A stretch of DNA of 64,000 nucleotides from Cenococcum geophilum (Eukaryota): positions 26,660,001 through 26,724,000 of the forward strand of contig CP158635.1 of the NCBI GenBank assembly GCA_050273025.1, given 5' to 3'. Within the stretch, counting starts at the first letter, position 1. Every line of letters starts with the position of its first letter. Under the pieces are notes generated by a model. It made no database searches. It worked only from the letters and a program-made list of their open reading frames with translations, and had not been told where the DNA came from. Made by a program: the position numbers and the translations under genes. Positions 14,701 through 26,812 of this stretch are shown piece after piece.

Positions 14701-15819
14701 TTACTTTAACACCAGTACTAGCATACTATAACTATATAAAGAAAATAGTAGTAAAGACAGATGTATTAAATTAGGCCTCCGGTAGAGTCCTTTCCTAATA
14801 TAATAATGACGGAAAATTAAGACTAGTCGCATTCTTCTCTATAAAGCACTTTACGCTAGAGTATAACTATAAGATCTATAATAAAGAACTCTTAGCTATT
14901 ATTAAGGCTTTAGAGGAATAGCGTCCTAAGCTGCAAGGGACTAAGAAGCTATTTAAAATTATTACCGACTATAAGAACCTATAGACGTTTATAACTACTA
15001 AGTAGCTAAACTAGTACTAAGTCTAGTAGGCAGAGTTCCTTTTATAGTTTAACTTTGTAATTATATATAGACCTAGTAGTAAAGCTATACTCCCTAACGC
15101 CCTAAGCTAGCTACTAGAAATAAGGCCTACATCAGGATTTTTTTTTTTAGGCGTATTGTTGCAGTTTGCGGCAAGTTGCGCAAACTGTACAATCGCGGCA
15201 GTGGTATATGGTCGTTAGCGGTTTGTACGTTTTGCGGCAACCTACGCAGAGCTGCGCAGAGCCTGTGCGTTTTGCAGCAACCTGCGCAGAGCTACGCAGA
15301 GCCTACGGCACCTCGCGCAGAGCCTGTGCGTTTTACAGCACCTCGCGTAGAGCCTATGCGTTTCGCACGTTTTATACATTTCGCACATTTCGCACGTTTT
15401 GCAACAAAAAAACACCTTAATAAATATTTTCTAAATTTATTAAATAATTATATATTTTCATAGATTGCTATAATATACTTTTAAATATATTTATATTATA
15501 ACTATATAAAATATAGAGCTATCTACTTAGGTAAAGGGAAAGCCTCTTATAGAGGCTCTAAATCGTTAATTAACGGTATTCCTAACAATCTGCTAAGGCC
15601 TACCTACCTACCTACTTACCTGCCTGCCTACCTACCTATCTACCTACCTACCTACCTGCCTGCCTACCTGCCTACCTATTTATCTGTCTGTCTATCTGTC
15701 TATCTATCTATCTATTTATCTATACCTACCTGTCTATATTACCTTGATTTAATCTATCAATTAAATCGTTTATAGTGTTCGCTGGCTGGTTGTTTAAACG
15801 GTTGTTGTCTGGCTCTAGC

Positions 15820-16617
15820 AGCGGTTATATGGCTCTGGCGAGGTCGTGTAGCTCTGGCGACGGTCGTGTGGTTCTGGCGACGGTTATCTGGCTTTAACGA
15901 CGGTTATCTAGCTCTGACGACGGTCGTCTGGTTCTGGCGACGGTCATCTGGTTCTGGCGACGGCGACGGTCGTCTGGTTCTAGCGACGGTCGTCTGGTTG
16001 TCTAGTTCTGGCGACGGTCGACGGTTGTCTGGTTCTGGCGACGGTCGTCTGGCTCCGGCGACGGTTGTCTGGCTCTGGCGACGGTCGACGGTCGTCTGGT
16101 TCTGGCGACGGTCGTCTGGTCGTCTGGTTCTGGCGACGGTTAACGGTCGTCTGGTTCTGGCGACGGTCGTCTGGCTCCGGCGACGGTCGTCTGGCTCTGG
16201 CGACGGTCGACGGTCGTCTGGTTCTGGTGACGGTCGTCTGGCTCCGGCGACGGTCGTCTGGCTCTAATGACGGTCGTCTGGCTCTGGCGATGGTCGACGG
16301 TTGTCTGGCTCCGGCGACGGTCGTCTGGCTCTGGCTCTGGCGACGGTCGTCTGGTTCTGGCGACGGTTGTCTGGTTCTGGCGACGGTCGTCTGGTCGTCT
16401 GGTTCTGGCGACGGTCGTCTGGCTCCGGCGACGGTCGTCTAGCTCTGACGACGGTCGTCTGGCTCTGGCGATGGTCGACGGTCGACGGTCGTCTGGTTCT
16501 GGCGACGGTCGTCTGGCTCCGGCGACGGTCGTCTGACTCCGGCGACGGTCGTTTAGCTCTGACGACGGTCGTCTGGCTCTGGCGACGGTCGACGGTCGTC
16601 TGGTTCTGGCGACGGTC
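15820..16617 (+). repeat. 20-bp tandem array (ggcgacggtcgtctggYtct)
   Basis: Directly visible; source of the SSGSGDGRL / TVVWLWRR pseudo-ORFs. Confidence 0.95.
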
Positions 16618-16754
16618 CTCAGCTGGCTGCCGTTCTGGTGCCTCCCTAGGTAGGGAGGATGTAAGGAAGGAAGGGTAAAAAATAAGGTGGCTACCTAGGT
16701 GTATGTGTAGAGGCTATCGGGAATATAGCGGGGACCCGATAGTAATGTATCATG

Positions 16755-17890
16755 CGGAGCTTTGTGCAGAGCCTCCGTACGCAAAGCTTCGCGCAGAGCC
16801 TTGTGCAGAGCCTCCGTACGTAGAGCTTTGTGTAGAGCTTTGTATAGAGCTTTATGGAGAGCTTTCGAGTAGAGCTTCGTGCAGAGCCTCTGTACGCAGA
16901 GCTTTGTGTAAAGCCTCGTGTAGAGCCTTGTGTAAAGCTTCGTGCAGAGCTTCGTGCAGAGCTTTGAGCAGAGCTTCGCGTAGAGCTTCGAGCAGAGCCT
17001 CGTGTAGGCTTTGAGCAGAGCTTTAAGTAGAGCTTTGTGTAGAGCTTCGAGCAGAGCTTTGTATAGAGCTTTAAGTGGAGCTTCGTGCAAAGCTTTGTGT
17101 AGAGCTTTGTGTAAAGCTTTGAGCGGAGCTTTGTGTAGAGCTTCGAGCGGAGCTTCGTGTAGAGCTTCGTGCGGAGCTTCGTGCGGAGCTTTGTGTAGAG
17201 CTTTGAGCAGAGCTTTAAGCAGAGCTTCGTGCGGAGCTTTGTGTAGAGCTTCGAGCAGAGCTTCGAGCAGAGCTTCGAGCAGAGCTTTGAGCAGAGCTTC
17301 GAGCAGAGCTTTGTGTAGAGCTTCGAGCAGAGCTTTGTGTAGAGCTTCGAGCAGAGCTTTGTGTAGAGCTTTGAGCAGAGCTTTGTATAGAGCTTCGAGC
17401 GGAGCTTCGTGCAAAGCTTCGTGTAGAGCTTCGTGTAAAGCTTTGAGCGGAGCTTTGCGCAGAGCTTCGAGCGGAGCTTTGTGTAGAGCTTCGTGCGGAG
17501 CTTTGTGCGGAGCTTTGTGCAGAGCTTTGAGTAGAGCTTCGTGTAGAGCTTTGTGTAGAGCTTTGTGTAGAGCTTCGAGCAGAGCTTCGAGCAGAGCTTT
17601 ATGTAGAGCTTCGTGTAGAGCTTCGTGTAGAGCTTCGAGCAGAGCTTTGAGCAGAGCTTTATGTAGAGCTTTGAGCAGAGCTTCGTGTAAAGCTTCGTGT
17701 AGAGTTTTGTGTAGAGCTTCGTGCAGAGCTTCGTGTAGAGCTTTGTATAGAGCTTTGAGCAGAGCTTCGAGCAGAGCTTTATATAGAGCTTCGAGCAGAG
17801 CTTCGTGTAAAGCTTTGTGCAGAACCTTGTGTAGAGCTTCGTGTAGAGCCTCGTGTAGAGCTTCGTGCAGAGCTTTATGTAGAGCTTTGT
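16755..17890 (+). repeat. 12-bp tandem array (gYagagcttYgt)
   Basis: Directly visible; source of the KLYT / EALH / RASC pseudo-ORFs. Confidence 0.95.
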
Positions 17891-17898
17891 GGTTATAG

Positions 17899-18162
17899 TA
17901 TTAGGATTTTTTTTAGGCGCGTTATTGCAGCTAAAAATTAGGGTCTGCAAAACCTGTATAAGCCGCGATTTCAGTAATTTATAGTAATTTGCACGAGTAG
18001 CCTGTATATTTGTAGTAATTTGTAGTAATTTGCACGAGTAGCCTATGTGTTTGTAGCAAATTGCCGTAAGTTGCCGCAAATCGCTAAAATCGCGACTTAC
18101 GCAGGTTTTGCAGACCCTGATTTTCGCTTGCGACAACGTGCCTAAAAAAAAATTTCCTGATG
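17899..18162. repeat. ~264-bp MITE-like unit with ~80-bp inverted repeats forming the right end of TIR element copy 1
   Basis: tattaggattttttttaggcgcgttattgcagctaaaaattagggtctgcaaaacctg is the degenerate reverse complement of ~18085-18162. Confidence 0.8.
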
Positions 18163-20832
18163 TAAGGATATTAATAATAAACGCCTCCGCTACTAAGCCT
18201 AAGTTATTATACCGCCCCAGAAAGTTAACCCTATAATCTTAGAAGAATTACTATACAAGTCCTATAACTCTAATAACGCGGAGTTTATAGCCGCTCTAAA
18301 CCCTAAAATAGCTAAAAGGTTACTAGATAAGTTAATCTAGCTAGAATACTAGAAGAACAAACTTATAAGAGATATAGTAGTAGCCCTACGTAATTAGAAA
18401 GCTCGTTATTAACCAAAGAAGATTAGAAAACTACTTTGTTATAATAAGTTAGAATATAATATTATTAACGGACAGATCTACTTCTGCTAATATCTCTTTA
18501 TCCCTAACACCCTAAACCTCCACCTAGAAGTTACCCATTACTCTTATAGCAGCAGCCCCGCTAGTTACCCTAGCTAGGTTAAAACTCTTAACCTCTTAAA
18601 CTAAATATACTAGTGGCTAGGAATCTTCCAGTTTATAGCTACCTTCGTTAAAGACTATACCCTATACTTTTGCACTAAGACCCCCTATTCTACCCCGCCT
18701 GGTTTCCTAAAGCCACTAAAATTACTTACCCGCCTATAAACCAATATCTCAATCGACTATATTATAACGCTACTGGTATACTAACGCTACGGCAAGGTAT
18801 ATAAATATATCCTTATTATTATAGACCGCCTAACTAAAATATAACACCTTGTTTTAGTAATGGGACTCTTAATAAAGGAGCTAGTTAATAGCTTTATTAA
18901 CAACGTATATAAGCTCCACGGTGCACTAAGTATAATTATCTTTAATTACGGCATACAATTTATTAGCGACTTCTGGCGATAACTAAGTAAACGCCTTAAA
19001 ACAACCTTACGACTAAGCTTAGCCTAGTACTTAGAAATAGACGGCCAAACTAAAATTATTAACGCTGCCGTAAATAAATACCTCTATGCTTTTATTAGCT
19101 TTATATAGAATAACTAAGTTAACTACCTACCGCTCGCTAAGTTTACTATAAATAACCAAGTCAATAAGAGTATAGGCATCTCCCCATTTTTTGCAAACTA
19201 TAGCTTTAACCCTTACCTCAGAATTAAGCCTACTGGCTCCCGCCTACTAACACTATTAGTATAAGTAAAGAAGGAGTTCTTTTACGCAAACTCTGTGGCC
19301 AACCACTTTAAGCGGATATTAATATAGCTTAAGGCCCTAGCCTGGATTTTACAGTAACACTATAAAGATAATGCTAATACCTATAGGGATAAGAGCGCGT
19401 TATTCTACAAAGGCGATATAGTTATAGTTAGCTTAGAAAATATAAAAATAAATAAACCTAAGAAGAAATAGGACGACCTATACCCCGTACTCGCAGTATA
19501 CTAAAAGGCAGTCGTAGTAGATCTCCTAGACCACATCTAAGTAAACAAATCCTTTTATACATTTAAGGTCCGCCTCTAGGCTACTAAAAAAATCCCTAGC
19601 TAAGCAAATATTAATACTATAGAGCGTTATAATATATAAGGACGAGTAGTAGAAAGAGATAATAACGGCAATATAGAAGATAAATAGGAGTTTAAGAAAA
19701 TCTTTAATATATACAACAAAGACCCCTAGGGCCTAACTTATAAGATTAAATGGAAATATTATAAGGATACAACCTAGCAGCTAGAGGAAGACCTAAAGGG
19801 TTGTAAATAAGCTGTATAGCGCTTTTATAAGCAACACCCTAAGAAGCTAGGACCCCTAGACTAGGCATAAGATAAGGAAAAGTTATACTAAGGTCGCAGT
19901 TAACCACCGCATTAAAATTTATGGTGGTTAAGATGTTATAGAACTTTAACTAGCGGTTAAAGTTATCTAATTAGCCAAATTCTTACTAAGAAACGCCACG
20001 CGGATTAATTTAGGTGGCGGTATAGAGTTCTACCGACCTTACTTACTAAACTAACCAATTAGGATTTTCTATGCCCGGCATAAAAAATCGCTATTAGCTT
20101 AGTTAAGGGCGGTAAGCGGAACTAATATCTTTGCGGTAAAAAATAGGCAACCCCATATACTGCCTATTTTTAAGTTATCTATTTAGTTTAGGGACCAAAC
20201 TATCTAGGGAAAAGGAGTACTGTTACGGCACTAACCTAACGCATACTGTTTCATACTATCTTATACTATTTCCTATTATTAGCTGGCCCACCACTAGCGA
20301 CTTGGCGGCCGGCCCTACTATTTATATATAATACCCCCTTTCTACCTTCTTCCCCTCTTTATACTACAACGTAGTTATTTAATCTACTTTATTGCAGCAC
20401 TGTGACATATAACTACTCTTATACTAAAAGCGGTTATAACTATATACTAGCAAATAACGCCTAACTAGCTACGTACTACGCTATTAACTAGTATTTATCG
20501 CAATACTCTAATTAACCCTACCTTAGCTACGTGCTATAACTGCAATAAGGAGGATTACTTTGCCTTATCTTGCCCGGAGCTAAAGGATATAGGCAATATT
20601 AAGGAGATAGAGGAAAGAGAAACGTCTAATAAGTTAGAAAAAGAAGAACCCTAGGGAAAGACTCCCCCCTAGGGTACCCAATTGATCTTAAAGAGATTAA
20701 TCTTAATTAGTTAATAGGTGGAAAGCATTTTACGGTTCTATATATAGTATCTTAAAATAGATATAAAGTTAATATAACCGCCCTTATTAATACTAGAGCA
20801 AATAGCTTTACCTTTATAAATACTACCTATAT

Positions 20833-22541
20833 TGTCACAGCGACTCAGTTAATTGAGGCACGAGCGCCGTTTAGAACGTATGCAAGCCTGTACAATTGGA
20901 ATGTCTATTGACCCGGATATCAAGATGAGGAGAAGAAGAAGGTCGTGGAAAGGACACGTCTATATATATGGAGCCAAGACGTAAGCGAACCCCCCTAACT
21001 AGGCCCTATCCAGGTTACGCGCGTCAGTGCCGTAACATTACCCCCCCCTTTAAAAAAGCTTGCCCTTAAGCTTTATTCTTAGGTGCTTGTCTTCTACCTC
21101 TTGTACAGTTGTAGTTATTTGCTGTAGGTGGGGCAGCAGTAGTCGATGAGATGCTGCAGGCAGAGCAGCGAGTGTCAGTTAGAATGCTGCAGGCAGAGCA
21201 GCGAGGGTCGATCGTAGTGCTGCGGGCGTAGCAGCAGAAGTCAATTGTGGTACTGCAGGCAGGAGCAGTAGTGGTCGAATTAAGGTTTAGCTGCAGGTAG
21301 GAGCAGCTGTGTTTGGGTAGTAGTACGGTACTAGCGGCGGTAACGATAGTGGTCGAGCACAGAGCTCGTCTATCGGTTGTCTTGTGATAGCAGGTCGAAC
21401 GTAGAGCTCGGGCTATCGATTGGTCTCGTCGACTGTGGCAGGGCAGTCGTTTGTTGTAGCAGTACGATGCAAGCGGAAGTTGTGGATCGCAGGCGTAACG
21501 GCACGATCGTACGGTCAGAAGACTGTAGGCGTATTGGCATAGTTGTAGTTAGGTCGTAGTAGCAGGCGTATTGGCGCTACTGTTGTCGAGTATATGGATC
21601 GTATGCATATCGGCACGATCGGTAGTTAATAGCAGAGTGATGCCAGCGTTGATAGTCCTGGTGATTTTGTTCCTCGCAGCTCGTATAACTCAGTATTAGT
21701 TGGGGTCGTTCTTCGCAGCTAGTGTATAGCACTAGTCTTAGTATTAACCGATTTCGTTCCTCACAGTATACGTAGCTTAGTATCCATTAAAAAGGACTAT
21801 TTAGGTAGCAGTACGGTGCAAGCGTCCGATAGAGACGTACGGTGGTCGTTTAAAGGGTCGTTGTTCGATCGATCGATTGGTCGGTAGGTGTACGCGTTCG
21901 GTTGACAGATATACGCGTTGCTCGGTCGGTCGACGAGATCGTACGGTCGGAAAGAGGTTACCGCTCGGCACGTGCTTCCCCATAGCATAGGCGGCCGTTT
22001 GGTAGAGAGAAAAGAAAAAAAGAAGAGAATATGAGGGAGGGTACCTATAAGTGTAGGGATTCCATACCCAGCCACCACAGGACCATGGTGAGTGTGTCTA
22101 CGATTGTAGAACTTTGATGATTCCTACGATTGTAGGGCTTTAATGACAATAATAATAATTCCTGCTTTGTCTCAGAGTATGCATCTCCTGCCTTCTTTGT
22201 TATAGGAGTTAGGCTCTTCTTCCTTCCTTTGCCTGCTAGTATATAGGGCTCCGTCACCCATTAACTACCCTAGGCTATAGGGCTTCTTTGACCTGGGATA
22301 CAACAGCCTGCGATTGGTTGAGGGATCTTGATATAATGTCACAGCGACTTAGTCAATTAAGGCACGAGCGCCGTTTAGAACGTATGCAAGCCTGTATAAT
22401 TGGAATGTCTATTGACCCGGATATTAAGATGAGGAGAAGAAGAAGGTCGTGGAAAGGACACGTCTATATACATGGAGCCAAGACGTAAGCGAACCCCCCT
22501 GACTAGGCCCTATCCAGGTTACGCGCGTCAGTGCCGTAACA
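20833..22541 (-). mobile_element. Non-autonomous LTR element (TRIM/LARD-like), lightly RIPed, inserted in gypsy A protease
   Basis: 205-bp LTRs 20833-21037 and 22337-22541 (TG...CA); TSD TATAT; PPT complement ttacccccccctt at 21038; no gag/pol motif recognised internally. Confidence 0.9.
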
Positions 22542-23346
22542 TATATAAATAATATTGCTAAGTTTCTAAATACAGAAGCCATCTAATTAAAGAAGCCTAT
22601 CTAGATAAAAGGCTATAACGGCTAAGCTAGTTAGCCTATTACCTCTATCTTAAAGTTATATATTGCTCTTAACGGACGACGCTAATATAGTATTCTCTTT
22701 TGCATTCTAGACCTAGGGTCCTATAATATAACCCTTAAACGAAAATAGATATCCTATTTTAATATTTAGTTAAATATATAATAAAGACAGTTTATTTAGC
22801 CGGAGGATAGACTAAGGTTACCCTCCTTTATTAGGGAGATCTAAACTAACCGTAAAACCCTAGCCGTAAGGGCTAACTCTACCTACTAATAGAATGTTCT
22901 GGCCCGTAATCTAGCCTTTACCTAAGAAGACGCCCACCGTAAAGCTAGAAAGAACTCTATACTAATAAAGATACTCTCCTAAAGTGCTATATTTAAAGAG
23001 GACTCTATATATAGAAGCAGGATAAATAGTAACGTAGATAACGTCTAAATTGCGTAGATTTAACTAGTATAGAAAAGAACGCATTAATAGGATATAAGGG
23101 ATAACCTCCGAAAGATGCAATAGGAGTTAAAAAAAGTAATAATAACGCTAGTACCCTAAAAGTCTATAAAGTTATATACGCCCCTATTGTTATATAACCC
23201 CCCCGCCGTAGATATTACTATAATTAGCGCTATAGTGTTCTACTTTAATATATACCGGAAGGATAAAAAGGTCTTTATAATAAGCCTATATAAAATTAAC
23301 CAAATTATTAATAATAGGGAGGAAGAGCTAGCCGAGGAGACTAATA

Positions 23347-25984
23347 CATCGGGAAAATATTCGCAGGATGAGATTCAAGTAGACTTTGGTTTTCGCGTTT
23401 CGCGTAATTGACATGCAATTTGACCAACTCGACACGCAATTGACCAACTTGACACGCAATTGACCAATTTGACACATCCAAAAGTCAAATAACACGCAGT
23501 TAACCTATTTAACAACTTTAAAAGCTAACTATATATTTCTTGACACGCAGTTGACCTACTTAATAGCTAACTATATATTCCTTGACACGCAGTTAACCTA
23601 TTTAACAACTTTAAAAGCTAACTATATATTCCTTGACACGCAGTTAACCTATTTAACAACTTTAAAAGCTAACTATATATTCCTTGACATGTAATTAAGG
23701 TAAAGTTATATGCTAATTACGCAAATGAATTTTTACACAGTTTTATTACTTAAAGGCTCTGCACAAGGCTCTACACGAAGCTCTACACGAAGCTCTACAC
23801 GAAGCTCTACACGAAGCTCTACGTACAGAGGCTCTGCACGAGGCTCTGCGCGAAGCTCTGCGTACGGAGGCTCTGCACGAAGCTCTGCACGAAGCTCTGC
23901 ACGAAGCTCTGCACGAAGCTCTGCGTACAGAGGCTCTGCACGAAGCTCTACACGAAGCTCTGCACGAAGCTCTGCACGAAGCTCTGCGTACAGAGGCTCT
24001 GCATGAAGCTCTACACGAAGCTCTGCACGAAGCTCTACACGAAGCTCTGCACGAAGCTCTACACGAAGCTCTGCACGAAGCTCTACACGAAGCTCTGCAC
24101 GAAGCTCTGCACGAAGCTCTACACGAAGCTCTGCACGAGGCTCTGCACGAAGCTCTGCACGAAGCTCTGCACGAAGCTCTGCACGAAGCTCTGCACGAAG
24201 CTCTGCACGAAGCTCTACACGAAGCTCTGCACGAAGCTCTGCACGAAGCTCTGCACGAAGCTCTGCACGAAGCTCTGCGTACAGAGGCTCTGCATGAGGC
24301 TCTGCACGAAGCTCTACACGAAGCTCTGCACGAAGCTCTGCACGAAGCTCTACACGAAGCTCTGCACGAAGCTCTGCACGAAGCTCTGCGTACAAAGGCT
24401 CTGCACGAGGCTCTGCGCGAAGCTCTGCGTACGGAGGCTCTACACGAAGCTCTGCATCGGGTCCCCGCTATATTCCCGATAGCCTCTCCTATGTAGCCAC
24501 CTTATTTTTTTTTATCCATCCTTCCTTCCTTACATCCTCCCTACCTAGGGAGGCACCAGAACGGCAGCCAGCAGAGGACCGTCACCAGAACTAGACGACC
24601 GTCGCCAGAACTAGACGACCGTCGCCAGAACCAGACGACCGTCGCCAGAGCCAGATGACCGTCGCTAGAACCAGACGACCGTCGCCGTCGCCAGACGACC
24701 GTCGTTAGAACCAGACGACCGTCGCCAGAACTAGACGACCGTTACCAGAACCAGACGACCGTCGCTAGAACTAGACAACCGTTACCAAAACCAGACGACC
24801 GTTACCAGAACCAGACGACCGTTGCCAGAGCCAGACGACCGTTTCCAGAGCCAGACGACCGTCGCCAGAGCCAGACGACTGTCGCCAGAACTAGACGACC
24901 GTTGCCAGAACCAGACGACGACCGTTTGAATAACCAGCCAGTAAACACCACAAATGATTCAATTAATCGATCAATTGAATTAAACCAGAGCTTTAATATT
25001 GGCCTGTCACCGAATTAAATTAAGGCCTCCTAGGGAGGCACCCGTTCAAATGTAATCAGGGCCTTTAATCAGGCCGACCCCTCCCCCAAATTAAATTATA
25101 CACTGACACAGGCAGGCAGGCAGGCAGGCAGGTAGGTAGGTAGGTAGGTAGGTAGGTAGGTAGGTAGGTAGGTAGGTAGGTAGGTAGGTAGGCAGGCAGG
25201 TAGGAGAGGACCGTCGCCAGAACCAGACCACCGTCGCCAGAGCTAGACGACCGTCGCCAGAGCCAGACGACCGTTACCAGAACCAGACGACCGTCGCAAG
25301 AGCCAGACGACAACGACTAGCCAGCGAACGCTATAAACGATTCGATCGATCGATTGAATCAAGGTACCACAAACAGGTAGGCACAAGTAGGGAGATGCTG
25401 ACGGGTAGGCAGATGCAGACAGGTAGGCAGATGCTAACGGGTAGGCAGATATAGATAGGTAGGTAGATGCAAACAGGTAGGCGATGTAGACAGGTAGGCA
25501 ATGCAGATAGGTAGGCAATGCAGACAGGTAGGCAATGTAGACAGGTAGGCAATGCAGACAGGTAGGCAATGTAGATAGGTAGGCAATATAGATAGGTAGG
25601 TAATATAGACAGGTAGGCGATGCAGGCAGGTTGGTAAGTCAATAGGTAGATAGGTAGAAGAGAACCATCGCTATATTATATTAAATTATCTAAAATAATA
25701 TTTATTTTGCTAGTCTTATAAATAGCTTTAAAGTAGCTTTTATTTATTTAAAATATGCTATTAGTATAAAAGAGGTAAATACAATTATGGTTGCCAAATG
25801 CGCAGATTGCTGGCAGGTTGCGCGTAGGTTGCGCGCAGGTTGCTCGCAGGCTGCGCGCAGGCTGCGTGTCAAAAAAACACGATATAGGCTAGTCGGTCGA
25901 GTTGCCAAATGCCCTCAACTGCGCGCCAATTGCGTCAACCACCAACTATTGAGGCCATTGGTAGGGTACCATATTTTGCCGATA
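23347..25984 (-). mobile_element. TIR element with tandem arrays (copy 2; CATCGG termini, cassette inverted), TA TSD
   Basis: CATCGGGAAAATAT...ATATTTTGCCGAT(A) with TA flanks; excision restores gag act aat aag gag cta. Contains a 12-mer array (~23755-24455), a 20-mer array (~24575-24925), (AGGT)n and ~51-bp subterminal repeats. Confidence 0.88.
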
Positions 25985-26652
25985 TAAGGAGCTAGTTAAA
26001 CGCCTCCTTTCTACTATTTATATAAATTATAAGGATGTATTCTTAAAGGCGGCTTTAGATAAGTTACCCCCTTACCAGATATATAATTATAAGATTTAAT
26101 TAGAAGCTAATAACTCCCTAGATTATAGCCCCCTCTACTAATAATTAATAGATAAGCTAAAAGCAATAAAGCAGTATTTAATTAATAACCTAAATAAAGG
26201 GTTTATTGAGCTAAGTTAAGCCCCTTTTACTTCCCCTATCCTATTTATAAAAAAGCCTAATAGAGGCCTCCGCTTTTATATTAACTATTAAAAGCTAAAC
26301 ACTATTACTTAAAAGGATCGGTATCCTATTTCTTTAATTAATAAGACCTTTATATATCTAAGCTAGGCAAAGATCTTTACTAAACTTAATATCCGTTAAG
26401 CTTTCCACTAAATTAGGATAGACCCCGTATCTAAAAATTTAACTATATTCCGTACCTATTATAGCTCCTATAAATATAAAGTTCTTCCCTTTAGACTAAT
26501 AAACGGACTAGCTATATACCAAAGGTATATAAATAACGTTCTTTTTAATTACCTAGACGAATTCTGCACGGTATACCTAGATAACATTCTTATATACTTA
26601 GACGATAAACTTAAACATTAAGTTTATATTAAGAAGGTCCTAGAGAGACTAT

Positions 26653-26812
26653 CCCTTGCAACGGTAGCGTCCTACAAGAATTGCACCGTGCGCGGAACAC
26701 CAAAAACCAGAACCGAAAGTATACGTATTTTCTATCACGGAGCCTTAATACTACAGGTCCTATTGGACGGCTCTTACCGATAACCGTAGGACACATTTTA
26801 CCGTTGTAAGGG
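26653..26812. mobile_element. 160-bp MITE, TIR CCCTTGCAACGGTA, 2-bp AT TSD
   Basis: CCCTTGCAACGGTA...TACCGTTGTAAGGG with AT flanks; excision restores the RT frame (gag aga cta tag aac). Confidence 0.85.

Larger units (their letters stand above)
15130..18162 (+). mobile_element. Non-autonomous TIR element with internal tandem arrays (copy 1), TA TSD
   Basis: CATCAGGA-T-run-AGGC...GCCT-A-run-TTTCCTGATG flanked by TA; excision restores the gypsy B pol frame (agg cct aag gat att). Confidence 0.9.
10470..20407 (+). mobile_element. Full-length Ty3/gypsy chromovirus family B nested in family A gag, RIP-inactivated
   Basis: LTRs 10470-10656 and 20221-20407 (TGTTAC...ACA); TSD TATAA; PPT agggaaaaggag; protease LVDSSS ~12520; RT YLNNVL ~14313; RNase H, integrase ~18500-19300, chromodomain ~19680-19860. 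Confidence 0.95.

Noticed and set aside
15866..16678. SSGSGDGRL / TVVWLWRR ORFs
   Set aside because: Translations of the 20-bp array cycling through frames.
15820..17890. CRISPR-like array
   Set aside because: Head-to-tail repeats without unique spacers, no cas genes, eukaryotic context.
16691..18136. 481-aa and overlapping ORFs (KLYT, EALH, RASC), also at 23733-24482 and 41391-42285
   Set aside because: They arise from a 12-bp array with few stops on either strand; bounds differ between copies and there is no unique domain.
25065..25642. LPTY / LHCLP ORFs
   Set aside because: Microsatellite translations inside array element copy 2.
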